A DNA stretch of 32,000 nucleotides from Phycisphaera mikurensis NBRC 102666 (GTDB lineage Bacteria; Planctomycetota; Phycisphaerae; Phycisphaerales; Phycisphaeraceae), in contig NC_017080.1 of assembly GCF_000284115.1 (NCBI RefSeq), positions 2,880,001 to 2,912,000 on the forward strand. Reading direction: 5' to 3'. Made by a program: the position numbers and the translations under genes. This document shows positions 7,793 through 17,212 of the stretch, piece by piece (the first letter of the stretch is position 1; each line of letters begins with the position of its first letter). The notes beneath the pieces are model-generated. The model made no database searches, had not been told where the DNA came from, and saw only the letters and a list, made by a program, of their open reading frames with translations.

Positions 7793-9730
7793 TCAGGCCC
7801 CACCGGCCGAGAGGGCCCCCCGCTCTCGGAGGGCGTGGACCATCCGCTCGACGCAGGCCTCCACCGCGTCCTCCGCCGTGGAGAGCCGCAAGTCCGGCGA
7901 AGCGGGCGGCTCATAAGGCGCCGCCATGTCGCTGAAGGCGGCCATGTTGCTGCCCTTGCCCTCGGCTCGCTCGCGGCAGGCCGCCTCGGGCGCGTCGACG
8001 TGGACCTCCAGGAAGCGCTCCGCCCCGATGATCTGCCTCGCCTCCTCGCGGTCCGCGGCGGCGGGCGAGAGGAACGAGCAGATCGTGATCAGCCCGGCCC
8101 GGTTGGCCATCTTCGCCACCTCCGCCGCCCGGCGCAGGTTCTCGCGCCGGTCGTCCTCGCTGAAGGTCAGGTCGTTGCTCAGGCCCAGCCGGGCGCTGCG
8201 TCCGTCCAGCGTGAACACCGTGTGGCCCTCGTCGAAGAGCCGCCGCTCGAGGGCCCAAGCCAGCGTCGACTTGCCCGAGCCGGTGAGGCCGGTCAGCCAC
8301 ACGGTCGCCGGCGACTGCTTCAGCCGCTGCCTCCGCTCCTGGTCGCTCACCAGCGAGCGGTGCTGGTCGGCCGAGGTGGCGAGGCCCTGCGAGATCTTCT
8401 CCAGCGCCGCCCGCTTCGCCGAGGTCGCGCGGTCGAGGATCATCCCCGCCGCCACCGTCCGGTGCGTCATCCGATCGATGAGGATGAACGCCCCGGTGCC
8501 GCGGTTCTTGCTGTAGGGGTCGAAGGCAACCGGCCGCGCGACCTCCACCACCACGCGGCCGATCTCGTTGAGCTTCAGCGTGTCGCTGTCGTGGCTCGCC
8601 AGCGTGTTGACGTCCACCCGGTACCGCAGCTCGGTCACCTGCCCCGGCGTCTGGCGGGTCGTGTGCTTGACGAGGTAGCCGCGGCCGGTCTCCAGGGGCT
8701 GGTCGTCCATCCAGACGAGCATCGCCTCGAAGGCCTGTGCGACCTGGGGCTGGTTGTTCGTTCGGACGATCATGTCGCCGCGGCTCGCGTCCACCTCGTC
8801 GTCGAAGGTCAGCGTGGCCGACATCGGCGCGAAGGCTTCGTCGACCGGACCGTCGGGGCCGAGCACCTCCTTGATCGTGGTGGTCTTCCGCGACGGCAGC
8901 ACCGTGACCTCGTCGCCGGGCCGCACCACGCCCGAGGCGAGCGTGCCCGCGAAGCCGCGGAAGTCCAGGTTCGGGCGCGTTACCAGCTGCACCGGGAAGC
9001 GCATGTCCACCAGGTTCCGGTCGCTGCCGATGTACACCGTCTCGAGGATGTGCATCATCGTGCCGCCCTCGTACCAGGGCGTGTTCTCGCTCTCGTTGAC
9101 GACGTTGTCGCCATCGAGCGCCGACATCGGCACGAAGCGGATGTCCGGCAGGTCCAGCTTGCCCACGAAAGCGGTGTAGTCGGCCTTGATCTTCTCGAAG
9201 ACCTCCTGGCTGAAGCCGACCAGGTCCATCTTGTTGATGGCGACCACGACGTGCTTGATGCCCAGCAGGCTCGCGATGAAGGAGTGCCGCCGCGTCTGGG
9301 TCTGCACGCCGTGCCGCGCGTCGATCAGGATGATCGCCAGGTCGGCCGTGCTCGCCCCGGTCGCCATGTTCCGCGTGTACTGCTCGTGCCCGGGCGTGTC
9401 GGCGATGATGAACTTGCGCTTCTTCGTGGAGAAGTAGCGGTACGCCACGTCGATGGTGATCCCCTGCTCCCGCTCCGCGCGGAGGCCGTCGGTCAGGAGC
9501 GCCGGGTCGAAGTCCCGGTCGCCCTTGTCCGCCGTGGTGCCGTGCTTCTTGGAGTCCTTCCGGACGGTCGCGAGCTGGTCCTCGTAGACCATCTTCGAGT
9601 CGTAGAGCATCCGCCCGATGAGCGTCGACTTCCCGTCGTCGACGCTGCCGCAGGTGATGAAACGCATGAGCTGCTTCTGCTCGTGCTGCTTCAGGTACTC
9701 GTGGATGTCGGTGACTTCTGGCGCTTCCAA
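7793..9730 (-). CDS. cysN: Bifunctional sulfate adenylyltransferase subunit 1 (CysN GTPase) fused to an adenylylsulfate kinase-like (CysC-like) domain
   Basis: TTG start at 9730; an in-frame TAG ten codons upstream excludes a longer form. N-terminus: [17 protein letters not shown] (G1), [11 protein letters not shown] (G3), INKMD (G4). C-terminus: P-loop [13 protein letters not shown] and SFLSP of APS kinase. Confidence 0.92.
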   Translation of the reverse strand: MEAPEVTDIHEYLKQHEQKQLMRFITCGSVDDGKSTLIGRMLYDSKMVYEDQLATVRKDSKKHGTTADKGDRDFDPALLTDGLRAEREQGITIDVAYRYFSTKKRKFIIADTPGHEQYTRNMATGASTADLAIILIDARHGVQTQTRRHSFIASLLGIKHVVVAINKMDLVGFSQEVFEKIKADYTAFVGKLDLPDIRFVPMSALDGDNVVNESENTPWYEGGTMMHILETVYIGSDRNLVDMRFPVQLVTRPNLDFRGFAGTLASGVVRPGDEVTVLPSRKTTTIKEVLGPDGPVDEAFAPMSATLTFDDEVDASRGDMIVRTNNQPQVAQAFEAMLVWMDDQPLETGRGYLVKHTTRQTPGQVTELRYRVDVNTLASHDSDTLKLNEIGRVVVEVARPVAFDPYSKNRGTGAFILIDRMTHRTVAAGMILDRATSAKRAALEKISQGLATSADQHRSLVSDQERRQRLKQSPATVWLTGLTGSGKSTLAWALERRLFDEGHTVFTLDGRSARLGLSNDLTFSEDDRRENLRRAAEVAKMANRAGLITICSFLSPAAADREEARQIIGAERFLEVHVDAPEAACRERAEGKGSNMAAFSDMAAPYEPPASPDLRLSTAEDAVEACVERMVHALRERGALSAGGA

Positions 9731-9771
9731 GGGTCCGCTCCGCGGGTTGAGAGTGTTCTAAGCACGCCTCC

Positions 9772-9790
9772 GACCGGGCGGAGCCCGGTC
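9772..9790 (-). other. GC hairpin (8-bp stem, 3-nt loop) in the cysD-cysN spacer
   Basis: gaccgggc-gga-gcccggtc, perfect complementarity. It lies inside the 185-nt gap between the cysD stop (9916) and the cysN start (9730). Confidence 0.3.
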
Positions 9791-9892
9791 TGCGGGTCGG
9801 CGCGTCGCTCGCATCGAGCATGTTCCCGAGAATCCCGGGGGACCGCCACAACGGCCTACGCGTGGAGACTCGGCAGCCGCCGCTTGCTCCGT

Positions 9893-9911
9893 CCGGCGGC
9901 GGAGCCGCCGG
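9893..9911 (-). other. GC hairpin (8-bp stem, 3-nt loop) 4 nt downstream of the cysD stop
   Basis: ccggcggc-gga-gccgccgg, perfect complementarity, with no U-run after it on the minus-strand transcript. Confidence 0.3.
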
Positions 9912-9915
9912 AACT

Positions 9916-10860
9916 TCAGAAATAGCCTTCCTTCTTCTTCTGCTCCATCGACCCCTCCTCGTCCTGGTCGATCACCCGCCCCTCCCGCTCGGAGCGGGTC
10001 GCGAGGATCATCTCCTGGATGACCTCCGGCAGGGTCGTCGCCGTCGACTCCACCGCCCCGGTGAGCGGGTAGCAGCCCAGCGTGCGGAAGCGGACGCTCT
10101 TCATCATGGGCACCTCGCCCTCGCGGAGCGGCATCCGGTCGTCGTCGACCTTGATGAGCACGCCGTCCCGCTCCACCACCGGCCGCTCGGCGGCGAGGTA
10201 GAGACCCGGGATGGGGATGTTCTCCAGGTGGATGTACTGCCAGACGTCCAGCTCGGTCCAGTTCGAGAGCGGGAACACGCGGATCGACTGCCCCTTGTCC
10301 ACCTGGCTGTTGTAGAGGTTCCACAGCTCGGGCCGCTGGTTCTTGGGGTCCCACTGGTGGTTCTCGTCCCGGAAGGAGAAGACGCGCTCCTTGGCGCGGC
10401 TCTTCTCCTCGTCGCGGCGTGCCCCGCCGAACATGGCGTCGAACTTGTGCTTGTTCAGGCCCTGGAGCAGGGCCTGCGTCTTCATGATGTCGGTGTGCTT
10501 CTTGGAGCCCACGCTGAAGGGGTTGACGCCCGCCTTCACGCCCTCCTGGTTCGTGTAGACGATCAGGTCGAGCCCCAGCTCCTTCATGAGGTCGTCGCGG
10601 AACTTGATCATCTCGCCGAACTTCCACGTCGTGTCGACGTGCATCAGCGGGAACGGCGGCTTCGCGGGGGCGAAGGCCTTGAGGGCGAGGTGCAGCATCA
10701 CCGCGGAGTCCTTGCCCACCGAGTACATCATCACCGGCTTGGAGAATTCGGCGGCCACCTCGCGGATGATGTGGATGCTCTCGGCCTCGAGCTGCTTGAG
10801 GTGCGTGAGCGTGCGGCCGTGGTCGGCCGCGGGCGGTGCGTCGGTGGCGGTGCGGATCAT
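9916..10860 (-). CDS. cysD: Sulfate adenylyltransferase subunit 2 (CysD)
   Basis: ORF 9916..10974. ATG 10860 gives [35 protein letters not shown], typical of CysD. The PAPS-reductase/ATP-PPase fold motif [16 protein letters not shown] is present, as are the conserved [15 protein letters not shown] and [17 protein letters not shown] segments. Confidence 0.93.
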   Translation of the reverse strand: MIRTATDAPPAADHGRTLTHLKQLEAESIHIIREVAAEFSKPVMMYSVGKDSAVMLHLALKAFAPAKPPFPLMHVDTTWKFGEMIKFRDDLMKELGLDLIVYTNQEGVKAGVNPFSVGSKKHTDIMKTQALLQGLNKHKFDAMFGGARRDEEKSRAKERVFSFRDENHQWDPKNQRPELWNLYNSQVDKGQSIRVFPLSNWTELDVWQYIHLENIPIPGLYLAAERPVVERDGVLIKVDDDRMPLREGEVPMMKSVRFRTLGCYPLTGAVESTATTLPEVIQEMILATRSEREGRVIDQDEEGSMEQKKKEGYF

Positions 10861-10938
10861 GCCGTGCGGGGGGATGCGGGGTCGCGGGTCGGGCCCGGAG
10901 CCTATCGGCCGGCGTGGGCGGAGGATCCACAACGCGCA

Positions 10939-10959
10939 GGCCCCGCGGACCGCGGGGCC
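10939..10959. repeat. 21-nt perfect palindrome between the response-regulator stop and the cysD start
   Basis: ggccccgcgg-a-ccgcggggcc. It lies in the 159-bp gap 10861-11019 and could be a terminator for the upstream operon or an operator. Function is not established. Confidence 0.3.
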
Positions 10960-11019
10960 CGGGCGCGGAAACACGCGACGATCCGCGGGATCCGCGGGGG
11001 GCGGCGTCCCGGGTTCGCC

Positions 11020-12048
11020 TCAAGACGACGCGGCGCGATCGACGGCGTACCGCTCGCGGATGCGCAGGAACTCGGCTTCACCCGCGACGAAGGCGTCGAC
11101 GACCTCGGGGGCGAAGTGCGTCCCGCGCTCCTCGAGGACGATCGAGCGGGCGACGTCGTGGGTGAAGGCGTCCTTGTAGACGCGGCGGCTGGTGAGCGCG
11201 TCGTACACGTCCGCCAGCGCCACGATGCGGGCGGCGAGCGGGATCGCCTCGCCCGCCAATCCGGCGGGATAGCCGGTGCCGTCGTACCGCTCGTGGTGGC
11301 TCGCGGCGATGTCGCGGGCCATGCACAGGAAGGCGGCCCCGGGGTAGCGGGAGGCCGCGGCGTCGAGCGTCTCGGCGCCGAGCGTCGTGTGCGTCTTCAT
11401 GATCTCGAACTCGCGGTCGGACAGCCGGCCGGGCTTGAGCAGGACCGAGTCGGGGATGCCGACCTTGCCGATGTCGTGCAGCGGGCTGGTCGCGTAGATC
11501 AGCCGCGCGTACTCGGCGTCGATGACGCCGGTGAAGCAGCCGTTGGAGAGCAGGCGTTGCGTGAGCACGCGGGCGTAGCTCTGCACGCGCTCGAGGTGCT
11601 CGCCGGTCTCCTGGTCGCGGCTCTCGGCGAGCTTCGCCATGGCGAAGATCGCCATCTCGCGGGTCTCCAGCGAGACGATCCGCTCGGCGGATCGCAGCCG
11701 CGCCAGCAGCTCCTCGCGGTCGAAGGGCTTGACGAGGAAGTCGTCGGCACCCGAGGAGAGGCCCTCGACACGCTCGGCGACGGCGCCGCGCCCCGTGAGC
11801 AGCACGATGTAGCAGTAGCCACCGCCGGCGTGCAGCGCGGCCCCCGAGCGGATCGCGCGGCACAGCTGCGGCCCGGTGAGCCCGGGCATCTCCCAGTCGG
11901 TGATCACCAGGTGGACCGGCCGCTCGGCGAGAAGGCGGACGGCGGCGTCGCCGTCGGGCGCCGTCACGACGTCGTGCCCGGCGTCCTGGAGGGTGTCGCG
12001 GAGCATCTCCACGGCGATCGGGTCGTCGTCGGCAACAAGAATCTGCAT
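11020..12048 (-). CDS. Response regulator with REC and HD-GYP (c-di-GMP phosphodiesterase-type) domains
   Basis: MQILVADDDP…LVITDWEMPGLTG…FLVKPF is a receiver domain. It is followed by SPLHDIGKVGIPDSVLLKPG and ASHHERYDGTGYPAGL, the HD and GYP signatures. ATG 12046-12048, stop 11020-11022. Confidence 0.92.
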   Translation of the reverse strand: MQILVADDDPIAVEMLRDTLQDAGHDVVTAPDGDAAVRLLAERPVHLVITDWEMPGLTGPQLCRAIRSGAALHAGGGYCYIVLLTGRGAVAERVEGLSSGADDFLVKPFDREELLARLRSAERIVSLETREMAIFAMAKLAESRDQETGEHLERVQSYARVLTQRLLSNGCFTGVIDAEYARLIYATSPLHDIGKVGIPDSVLLKPGRLSDREFEIMKTHTTLGAETLDAAASRYPGAAFLCMARDIAASHHERYDGTGYPAGLAGEAIPLAARIVALADVYDALTSRRVYKDAFTHDVARSIVLEERGTHFAPEVVDAFVAGEAEFLRIRERYAVDRAASS

Positions 12049-12117
12049 CGGGTGGGTCTCCAGCGCGGCGGGTGCGAGCCGGCGGACGAAGGCGGAACAG
12101 GGGTCGAGCCGGCAGCC

Positions 12118-13404
12118 TCAGGCGGCGCGGGCGGCGGGAGACGCATCGGCCAACGCCTCGGCCAGCTCCGAGGCGCGGTCGGCGGCGGTCCGGGCCTCCA
12201 GGGCGAAGGCCTCCACCGCCTCCGCGTTCGGCGCCGACTCGAGGCACGCCGCGGCTTCGGCCAGCGGGACGGCACTCAGGTTCGCCGCCGTCCCCTTGAC
12301 CGCGTGGGCGACTCTTCGCAGCGCCCCGTCGTCGCCCTCGGCGAGGTGGACCCGCGCCGCTCCGACCTGCTCCGGCAGCTGGACGGCGAAGGCCCCGAGC
12401 AGCCGGCTGACCAGCGGGGCCTTGCCGCCGCAGCGGGCGAGCACGGCGGGCAGGTCGATCACCTCCTCCGCGGGGTCCACCCGCCGATCGACGGCCGGGG
12501 TGGCCGCCGCTTCCGGCCGGCCGGCGCCCGCCACCTTGGCCAGCGGATCCTCCTCCCGCTCCGGCATCGGCGGGTTCCGCTCCGCGAGCGGCCGCATCAG
12601 GCTCTCCATCTCGCGGAAGAGCGCGTCGCAGTCGATGGGCTTGGACGCGTAGCCGTCCATCCCCGCCTCGAGGCAGCGCTCCCGGTCGCCGCGGACCGCG
12701 TTGGCGGTGAGGGCGACGATCGGCACGCGGCCGCCGCACGTCCGCGCCGCCTCGTGGTCGCGGAACCGGCGGGTGGCGCCGAAACCGTCGAGCTCGGGCA
12801 TCTGGCAGTCCATGAGCACGACGTCGAAGCCGTGCCCGCCCGGGCGCGTCAGCGCCTCCACGGCGAGCAGGCCGTCGCCGACGACGCGGACGCGGTAGCC
12901 GGCGTCGCGGAGCAGCTCGCAGGCGACGGCCTGGTTGACCGGGTTGTCCTCCGCGAGCAGCACGTTGCCGCGGTGGCGGGCGGGGCCGTCCGCCGTGGCC
13001 TCGCGAGCGGGCTCGGCGGCGCTGCCGCGGGTCGCACGCATGACGGCGTCGAAGAGCGCGGACGGCCGGGCGGGCTTGCCCAGGCAGGCCTCGAAGCCGG
13101 CCGCTCGCACCTCGGCCGCGTCCACGTCCCGGTCCGCCGCCGTGAGCATCAGCAGCGGGATTCTCCGCAGGCGGCGATCGGCCGCCGCGGCCCGGCCGAC
13201 CTCCAGCCCGGAGAGGCCGGGCATCATGAGGTCGACGACCGCGAGGTCGAAGGGCGTTCCGCGCCCCTCGGCCTCCCGCATCGCCTCCAGCGCCTCGGCC
13301 CCGTTGTCGACCGGCGTGACCGAGAAACCCCAGGCCTCGAGCTGCTCGGTGATCGCCCGCAGCGACGCCGGGTGGTCGTCGACGGTGAGGGCACGCTTTC
13401 CCAC
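12118..13404 (-). CDS. REC-REC-HPt module (C-terminal half of a hybrid histidine kinase, or a separate phosphorelay protein if GTG 13404 is used)
   Basis: In the frame of ORF 12118..15342: [10 protein letters not shown]…[13 protein letters not shown]…CLGKP (REC1), [12 protein letters not shown]…[13 protein letters not shown]…IVALTANA…YASKPI (REC2), and [15 protein letters not shown] (HPt histidine motif HxxKG). The first usable start in this frame next to REC1 is GTG 13402-13404. Confidence 0.7.
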   Translation of the reverse strand: MGKRALTVDDHPASLRAITEQLEAWGFSVTPVDNGAEALEAMREAEGRGTPFDLAVVDLMMPGLSGLEVGRAAAADRRLRRIPLLMLTAADRDVDAAEVRAAGFEACLGKPARPSALFDAVMRATRGSAAEPAREATADGPARHRGNVLLAEDNPVNQAVACELLRDAGYRVRVVGDGLLAVEALTRPGGHGFDVVLMDCQMPELDGFGATRRFRDHEAARTCGGRVPIVALTANAVRGDRERCLEAGMDGYASKPIDCDALFREMESLMRPLAERNPPMPEREEDPLAKVAGAGRPEAAATPAVDRRVDPAEEVIDLPAVLARCGGKAPLVSRLLGAFAVQLPEQVGAARVHLAEGDDGALRRVAHAVKGTAANLSAVPLAEAAACLESAPNAEAVEAFALEARTAADRASELAEALADASPAARAA

Positions 13405-15512
13405 GAAGCCGTCGCGGGCGCGGCGTCCTCGGGCTGACCCGCCGCCACGGTGAACCAGAAGGTGGAGCCGCGGCCGGGCTCGCTCTCGACGCCGATGTCG
13501 CCGCCCATGAGGTGCACGAGCTCCCGGCTGATCGCCAGCCCCAGCCCGGTGCCGCCGTAGCGCCGGGTGGTCGAGGCGTCGACCTGCGAGAAGGACCGGA
13601 AGAGCCGGTCGATCCGCTCGGCCGGGATGCCGATGCCGCTGTCGCGGACCTCGACGCGCAGCCGCGGCTCCGCGCCGGGGTCGGCCTCCAAGGAGATGCC
13701 GACCACGACCTCCCCGGCGGCGGTGAACTTGATGGCGTTGTTGGTGAGGTTGACCAGCACCTGCCGCAGCCGCTCGCCGTCGAGCCGCACGCGATGGGGA
13801 ACCTCCGGGTCGACACGGCAGGCCAGCTCCAGGCCCTTGGGGCCCGCCGAGCGGGCGAGCATCTGCATGACCTCGGCGACGAGGTCGCGCGTCGACACGT
13901 CGCTCGGCGACAGCTCCAGCTTGCCGGCCTCGACCTTCGAGAAGTCGAGGATGTCGTTGATCAGCGAGAGCAGCGACTGCGCGGAAGAGCGGATCACACC
14001 GGCGTAACCGGCCTGCTGCTCGGAGAGCCCGCGGCGGAGAAGCAGCTCGGTCATGCCGAGCACGCCGTTGAGCGGCGTCCGGATCTCGTGGCTCATGTGG
14101 GCGAGGAACTGGCTCTTCGCCCGGCTGGCGCCCTCCGCTGCCAGCGTCGCCTCCTCGGCGGCGGCGGTCGCGGCGCGGAGGCGGTCTTCGTGGAGCCGCG
14201 ACTCGGTCACGTCCAGGACGATGCCCTCGGAGGTGCAGCCTCCCCGACCGTCCGCCTCGCAGCGAGACCGCACGTGGAGCCACCGCGCCCGGCGGCCCGC
14301 GTCCAGCGGGCAGCGGTCGGCTCCGGGCACCACGTCGGGGAGGTGTCGGCCCGTCCACTCGAGGTGGCCGTCGCTCGCCAGCGCCGAGGCGATGCCCGCG
14401 TGGAGGGTCTCCACGTCGTCGGGGTGCACACGGCCGAAGAGAAGCTCCGCGTCGCCGAGGATCTCCTCGGGCGAGATGCCGTACAGGGTCTCGCAGCCGC
14501 GGCTGGCGTAGGTGAAGCGGGTCTTCTGATCGACCGGCATCTCGCTGCGGAAGACCATGCCGGGCACGTTGGAGACGATGCGTTCGAAGCGCGCCTCGCT
14601 CTGGGTCAGCGCCTCCCGCGTCGCCCGCTGCTCGGTGATGTCGCGCTCGATGGCGATGAAGTGGGTGATCCCGCCCGCCTCGTCGTGCACCGGCCGCACC
14701 TCCAGCTCCAGCCAGTACGCGTGGCCGTCGCGGTGGTGGTTTCGCACCTCGGTGGTGAATCCCTCGCCGGCGGCGAGGCGGGCACGCATGAACGCGACCG
14801 TCTGGGGATCGGTCTCCGGCCCCTGGAGCAGCTCGCCGGGGTTGCGGCCGATGGCTTCCGCCGCGGTGTAGCCGCTGATGCGGGTGAAGGCGGGATTCAC
14901 GTAGCTGATCCGGCGGTCCGCCCCGGTGATGATCGCGGCGCTGTCGGTGCGGCTGACGATCAGGCTCAGCTCGTCGAGCCGGGCGACACGCGCGGCCGCC
15001 TCCACCCGCTCGCGGTGCAGCTCGAGCAGGTGCTCGCCCTGCCGGCCCAGGGCGCGGAGGATCCCAATCTCGCGCTCGCTCGGCCGCCGCGGACGCTCGT
15101 CCGCCACGCAGAGCGTGCCCAGCGGCTGGCCGTCGCGGGCCCGCAGCGGGACCCCGGCGTAGAAGCCGATCTTCTTCCCGTTGCCGCAGCCTTCCCGCAC
15201 GAGCGGGTTGCCGGCGAAGCGCGGGTCTGCGCGGGCGTCGGGCACCACCAGCACCTCCTCGGCCGCGAGGATGGCGTGGGCGCAGAAGGCGATGGACCGC
15301 GGCGTGCCGGTGGCTTCGAGGCCGCAACGGCCGAGGAAGCACTGATCGTCCTCCCCGATGATCGAGAGCAGCCCCATCGGGGCGCCCAGCAGGTCGGCCG
15401 CGAGCGTGGCCAGTTCATCGAGTGCCTCGATTCGGTCCACCCCCGAGAGCTCGTAAGCGGCGAGCGTGGAAAGGCGTTGTTCCTCGTCGTGCGGAAGCGG
15501 GGCGGGGATCAT
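13224..15512 (-). CDS. Sensor histidine kinase, GAF-PAS-PAS-HisKA-HATPase_c (N-terminal half of the hybrid kinase); the last ~60 codons look out of frame
   Basis: In the frame of ORF 13224..15686, ATG 15512 gives [22 protein letters not shown], a typical GAF-sensor N-terminus. PAS-like regions: [24 protein letters not shown] and [14 protein letters not shown]-box: [18 protein letters not shown]. HATPase: [39 protein letters not shown]. After …[12 protein letters not shown] the frame reads [28 protein letters not shown]…, which is shadow-like, down to the stop at 13224. Confidence 0.8.
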   Translation of the reverse strand: MIPAPLPHDEEQRLSTLAAYELSGVDRIEALDELATLAADLLGAPMGLLSIIGEDDQCFLGRCGLEATGTPRSIAFCAHAILAAEEVLVVPDARADPRFAGNPLVREGCGNGKKIGFYAGVPLRARDGQPLGTLCVADERPRRPSEREIGILRALGRQGEHLLELHRERVEAAARVARLDELSLIVSRTDSAAIITGADRRISYVNPAFTRISGYTAAEAIGRNPGELLQGPETDPQTVAFMRARLAAGEGFTTEVRNHHRDGHAYWLELEVRPVHDEAGGITHFIAIERDITEQRATREALTQSEARFERIVSNVPGMVFRSEMPVDQKTRFTYASRGCETLYGISPEEILGDAELLFGRVHPDDVETLHAGIASALASDGHLEWTGRHLPDVVPGADRCPLDAGRRARWLHVRSRCEADGRGGCTSEGIVLDVTESRLHEDRLRAATAAAEEATLAAEGASRAKSQFLAHMSHEIRTPLNGVLGMTELLLRRGLSEQQAGYAGVIRSSAQSLLSLINDILDFSKVEAGKLELSPSDVSTRDLVAEVMQMLARSAGPKGLELACRVDPEVPHRVRLDGERLRQVLVNLTNNAIKFTAAGEVVVGISLEADPGAEPRLRVEVRDSGIGIPAERIDRLFRSFSQVDASTTRRYGGTGLGLAISRELVHLMGGDIGVESEPGRGSTFWFTVAAGQPEDAAPATASWESVPSPSTTTRRRCGRSPSSSRPGVSRSRRSTTGPRRWRRCGRPRGAERPSTSRSSTS

Positions 15513-15721
15513 CAGGCGGATCGGAGCAGAACGGCGTGCCGGCGTCGATCGGCCTTTTAAGGAGTGCCCTTGAACAATCTTGCGTCCTCCGCGGATCGCC
15601 GGCTGCGGCCGGGCGTTGCTCATGAGCGGACTCCTCCAGGCGGAAAACCGCGCCACCGACGCTTCGTCGGCAGCGGCTCGCGACACACGGCCGGGGACGC
15701 TCGCCCGGCATAGGGTTTTCC

Positions 15722-17176
15722 ATGCACACCTCCCGCCTCCCCGCCCTTCTCGCGGTCGCCGCCGCCGGGTCGCTGCCGCCCGCCGCCCCGGTCGCCGCCC
15801 AGACCAACAACCCCTTCCCGGATCCGATCCCGGTCGGCATCGGCGTGCCGATCGTCGACTACGCCCGCGTCGCCACCGGCGCCCGCCTCAACCTGCTCGC
15901 GCCCGACCCGCTCGGCCGGCTGTTCGCGAACGACCAGCGGGGGGACCTCTACCGCGTGGTGCCTGGCGCGGCCGCGTCGCCGGTCTACCTCGACCTCGCC
16001 GCGCAACCCGGAATCGATCTGAGGACCTCCTCCGGCGAGCAAGGCTTCCAAAGCTTCGCCTTCCACCCGGAGTTCGCGACCGCCGGCGCGGCCGGCTTCG
16101 GCCGCTTCTACACGGTGCACAGCGACGACGACCGGTCGCCGACCCCGGACTTCGTGCCCAACAGCGGCAACGCCTTCCACTCGGTGCTCCTGGAGTGGAC
16201 CGCGGCGGACCCGCTCGCCGACACCTTCTCGGGCACCTCCCGGGAGCTCATGCGGATCCGCCAGCCCTTCGGCAACCACAACGCCGGCCAGCTGTCCTTC
16301 AACCCCGAGGCCACCGCCGGCGACGCCGACTTCGGCAAGCTCTACCTCGGCCTCGGGGACGGCGGCAGCGGCGGCGATCCGCAGGACCTCGCGCAGGATC
16401 GCGACAACGTCTTCGGCTCCATCCTCCGGATCGACCCCCTGGGGACCAACGCCGCGAACGGGAAGTACGGCATCCCCGCCGACAACCCCTTCGTCGGCGA
16501 GGCCGACGTCAAGGACGAGATCTTCGCCTACGGCCTCCGCAACCCGCAGCGGTTCAGCTTCGACGCCGTGACCGGCAACGCCTTCATCGCCGACATCGGG
16601 CAGGGCGCGGTGGAGGAGATCAACCTCCTGCGGGCGGGCGGAAACTACGGCTGGAACGAGCGTGAAGGCAGCTTCGTCTTCCTGAACAACAGCGGCGTCG
16701 GGGGCAGCGCCCGCGGCGACGGCCTCTACGACGACCCGATCGCCGAGTACGACCACCAGGGAGCCTTCGTCCTCGCGGAGCGCAACGGCGAAGCGGTGAC
16801 CGTGGGCCCGGTCGTCCGCGACCCGTCGATCCCCGGCCTCGCCGGTCGGCTGCTGCTGGGCGACTTCCCCTCCGGCTCGATCTTCTACCTCGACGCCTCG
16901 GGCACCCTGCCCGACGGCGGCCAGGCGCCGCTCCAGGAGCTGCTGCTCGTGAACGAGGCGGGCGAGACCAAGCGGCTGATCGACCTCATCAACGACGCCG
17001 GCGTCCCCGCGACCCAGCGGGCCGACCTGCGCTTCGGATACGGGGCCGACGGCGAGGTCTTCGTGCTCAACAAGCGTGACGGCGTGATCCGCCAGCTGGT
17101 CCCCGAGCCGTCGACGGCCGCGGCGATCGGCACGCTCGGCCTGCTGATGGCTTCCCGCCGCCGCCGGCGGCGGTGA
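15722..17176 (+). CDS. PQQ-dependent (soluble glucose/sorbosone) dehydrogenase-like beta-propeller protein with signal peptide and C-terminal PEP-CTERM sorting domain
   Basis: MHTSRLPALLAVAAAGSLPPAAPVAAQ is a signal peptide. GSDH-family motifs: FGNHNAGQLSFNPE, LYLGLGDGGSGGDP, GSILRIDPLG, IPADNPF, EIFAYGLRNPQRFSFD, ADIGQGAVEEIN, GGNYGW. The C-terminus VPEPSTAAAIGTLGLLMASRRRRRR is PEP, then a TM helix, then a basic tail. Confidence 0.88.
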   Translation: MHTSRLPALLAVAAAGSLPPAAPVAAQTNNPFPDPIPVGIGVPIVDYARVATGARLNLLAPDPLGRLFANDQRGDLYRVVPGAAASPVYLDLAAQPGIDLRTSSGEQGFQSFAFHPEFATAGAAGFGRFYTVHSDDDRSPTPDFVPNSGNAFHSVLLEWTAADPLADTFSGTSRELMRIRQPFGNHNAGQLSFNPEATAGDADFGKLYLGLGDGGSGGDPQDLAQDRDNVFGSILRIDPLGTNAANGKYGIPADNPFVGEADVKDEIFAYGLRNPQRFSFDAVTGNAFIADIGQGAVEEINLLRAGGNYGWNEREGSFVFLNNSGVGGSARGDGLYDDPIAEYDHQGAFVLAERNGEAVTVGPVVRDPSIPGLAGRLLLGDFPSGSIFYLDASGTLPDGGQAPLQELLLVNEAGETKRLIDLINDAGVPATQRADLRFGYGADGEVFVLNKRDGVIRQLVPEPSTAAAIGTLGLLMASRRRRRR

Positions 17177-17212
17177 CGGTGACGGCCCGGCTTGCCGCCG
17201 TAGGCTCGCGCC

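Noticed and set aside
9780-9903. GGA triloops in the cysD-cysN spacer hairpins as CsrA/RsmA binding sites.
   Set aside because: The GGA reads on the plus strand, while the transcripts here come from the minus strand. The RNA loops are therefore UCC, not GGA.
15558-15721. A perfect AAGGAG followed 5 nt later by TTG (15569), opening a ~51-codon plus-strand ORF in the divergent kinase/dehydrogenase intergenic region.
   Set aside because: Codon usage is poor for this genome, with many A/T-ending codons (AAT, CTT, GTT, CAT, ACT, CCA, GGA, AAA, CGA). There is no motif. The low-GC patch is more likely promoter DNA for the divergent genes, and I could not place convincing -35/-10 boxes.
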